Made by a program: the position numbers and the translations under genes
In this document: one piece after another, positions 54,648 to 54,994 of the stretch
How the letters are laid out: each line of letters starts with the position of its first letter
How positions within the stretch are numbered: the first letter of the stretch is position 1
Notes under the pieces: generated by a model
The model's database searches: none
What the model saw: the letters and a program-made list of their open reading frames with translations, nothing else
What the model was told of the DNA's origin: nothing
Assembly: GCA_048634245.1 (NCBI GenBank)
Contig: JAIWAR010000004.1
Span: 1-54,994 of the forward strand
DNA length: 54,994 nt
Direction: 5' to 3'
DNA from: Methanosarcinales archaeon
GTDB taxonomy: Bacteria; Omnitrophota; Gorgyraeia; Duberdicusellales; 4484-171

Positions 54648-54994
54648 TTATAGCTTACCGGAACGCAATATAGCGATAATCAACCACAGCCCCATCATCC
54701 CGGCCACAACAAACCCAATCACACCTAACACCGGAAAACCAAACAATATAGGGCCTTTATCAGTCTGCATTATGATAGATGAGCCTATAATTAATGCCGC
54801 GATGACCAGGCTGAAAGCAATTCTATTACTGACTTTATCAAATACATGGATTAAATTTTCCAACCCTCTATGCTCAAATTCTATATGCAGAGTCCCTTTT
54901 TTCATTTTGTTAAGAATTATCGTTAAATCTCTAGGTAATAAATTCGTAAGAATGTAGAGCCCCTTTAAAAATCCTTTTACACCCTTTGCTATGT
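54648..54994 (-). CDS. ABC1/UbiB kinase family protein, C-terminal part (5' end beyond window)
   Basis: The frame is open to the window edge. LHIEFEHRGLE...NRIAFSLVIAALIIGSS plus two C-terminal TM helices are typical of UbiB/AarF C-termini. Confidence 0.6.
   Translation of the reverse strand, partial: IAKGVKGFLKGLYILTNLLPRDLTIILNKMKKGTLHIEFEHRGLENLIHVFDKVSNRIAFSLVIAALIIGSSIIMQTDKGPILFGFPVLGVIGFVVAGMMGLWLIIAILRSGKL

Noticed and set aside
1-54994. tRNA, rRNA, tmRNA, transposase/integrase, CRISPR-Cas or recognisable defence-system genes
   Set aside because: Visual scanning found no cloverleaf-like T-arm motifs (GGTTCGAATCC-type), no long non-coding conserved blocks other than those reported, and no ORF with nuclease/RT/integrase signatures. 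A tRNAscan/Infernal run is needed to exclude small RNAs formally.

Overview
AT-rich, gene-dense chromosomal segment from a diderm bacterium (TonB-dependent receptor, beta-barrel OMP, RlpA, lipoproteins). It is probably an uncultivated low-GC lineage, but taxonomy cannot be assigned from the sequence alone. I call about 58 protein genes and found no rRNA, tRNA, CRISPR array, transposase or integrase. Bases 1-19.8 kb hold plus-strand housekeeping and envelope genes: an ABC-F fragment, DEAD-box helicase, LemA-TPM-TPM, Dus, MATE, PLD, RlpA, HIT, a GH26-like hydrolase, SIMPL, FxsA and SUI1. This stretch also carries two diverged paralogues of a radical-SAM enzyme with non-canonical CX4CX2C spacing. 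Bases 19.85-20.95 kb are a gene-poor, AT-rich gap with an orphan RHH gene that has its own promoter and terminator. From 20.9 kb to the end almost everything is on the minus strand. (a) A repair operon, dinB-orf72-udg. (b) A long tightly packed array with a CBS protein, an EF-G carrying a ~350-aa membrane-anchored coiled-coil N-terminal extension, REC-GGDEF, MscS and an M48 protease. (c) An anti-sigma/UppP/STAS-PilZ cluster. (d) A cobalamin uptake locus (btuFCD-btuB) with two B12 riboswitches and a cobC/cobS deletion scar. (e) A ~14.8-kb ten-gene operon that joins the glutamine amidotransferases of four pathways (carAB, purSQL, purF, glmS, pyrG) behind a GAF-ANTAR regulator and an ANTAR-type dual-hairpin/terminator leader. 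Another highlight is a ~110-nt structured element present twice as a 5' leader, with compensatory base-pair substitutions between the copies. All functional calls rest on motif recognition by eye. No database search, RNA folding or covariance-model search was run.
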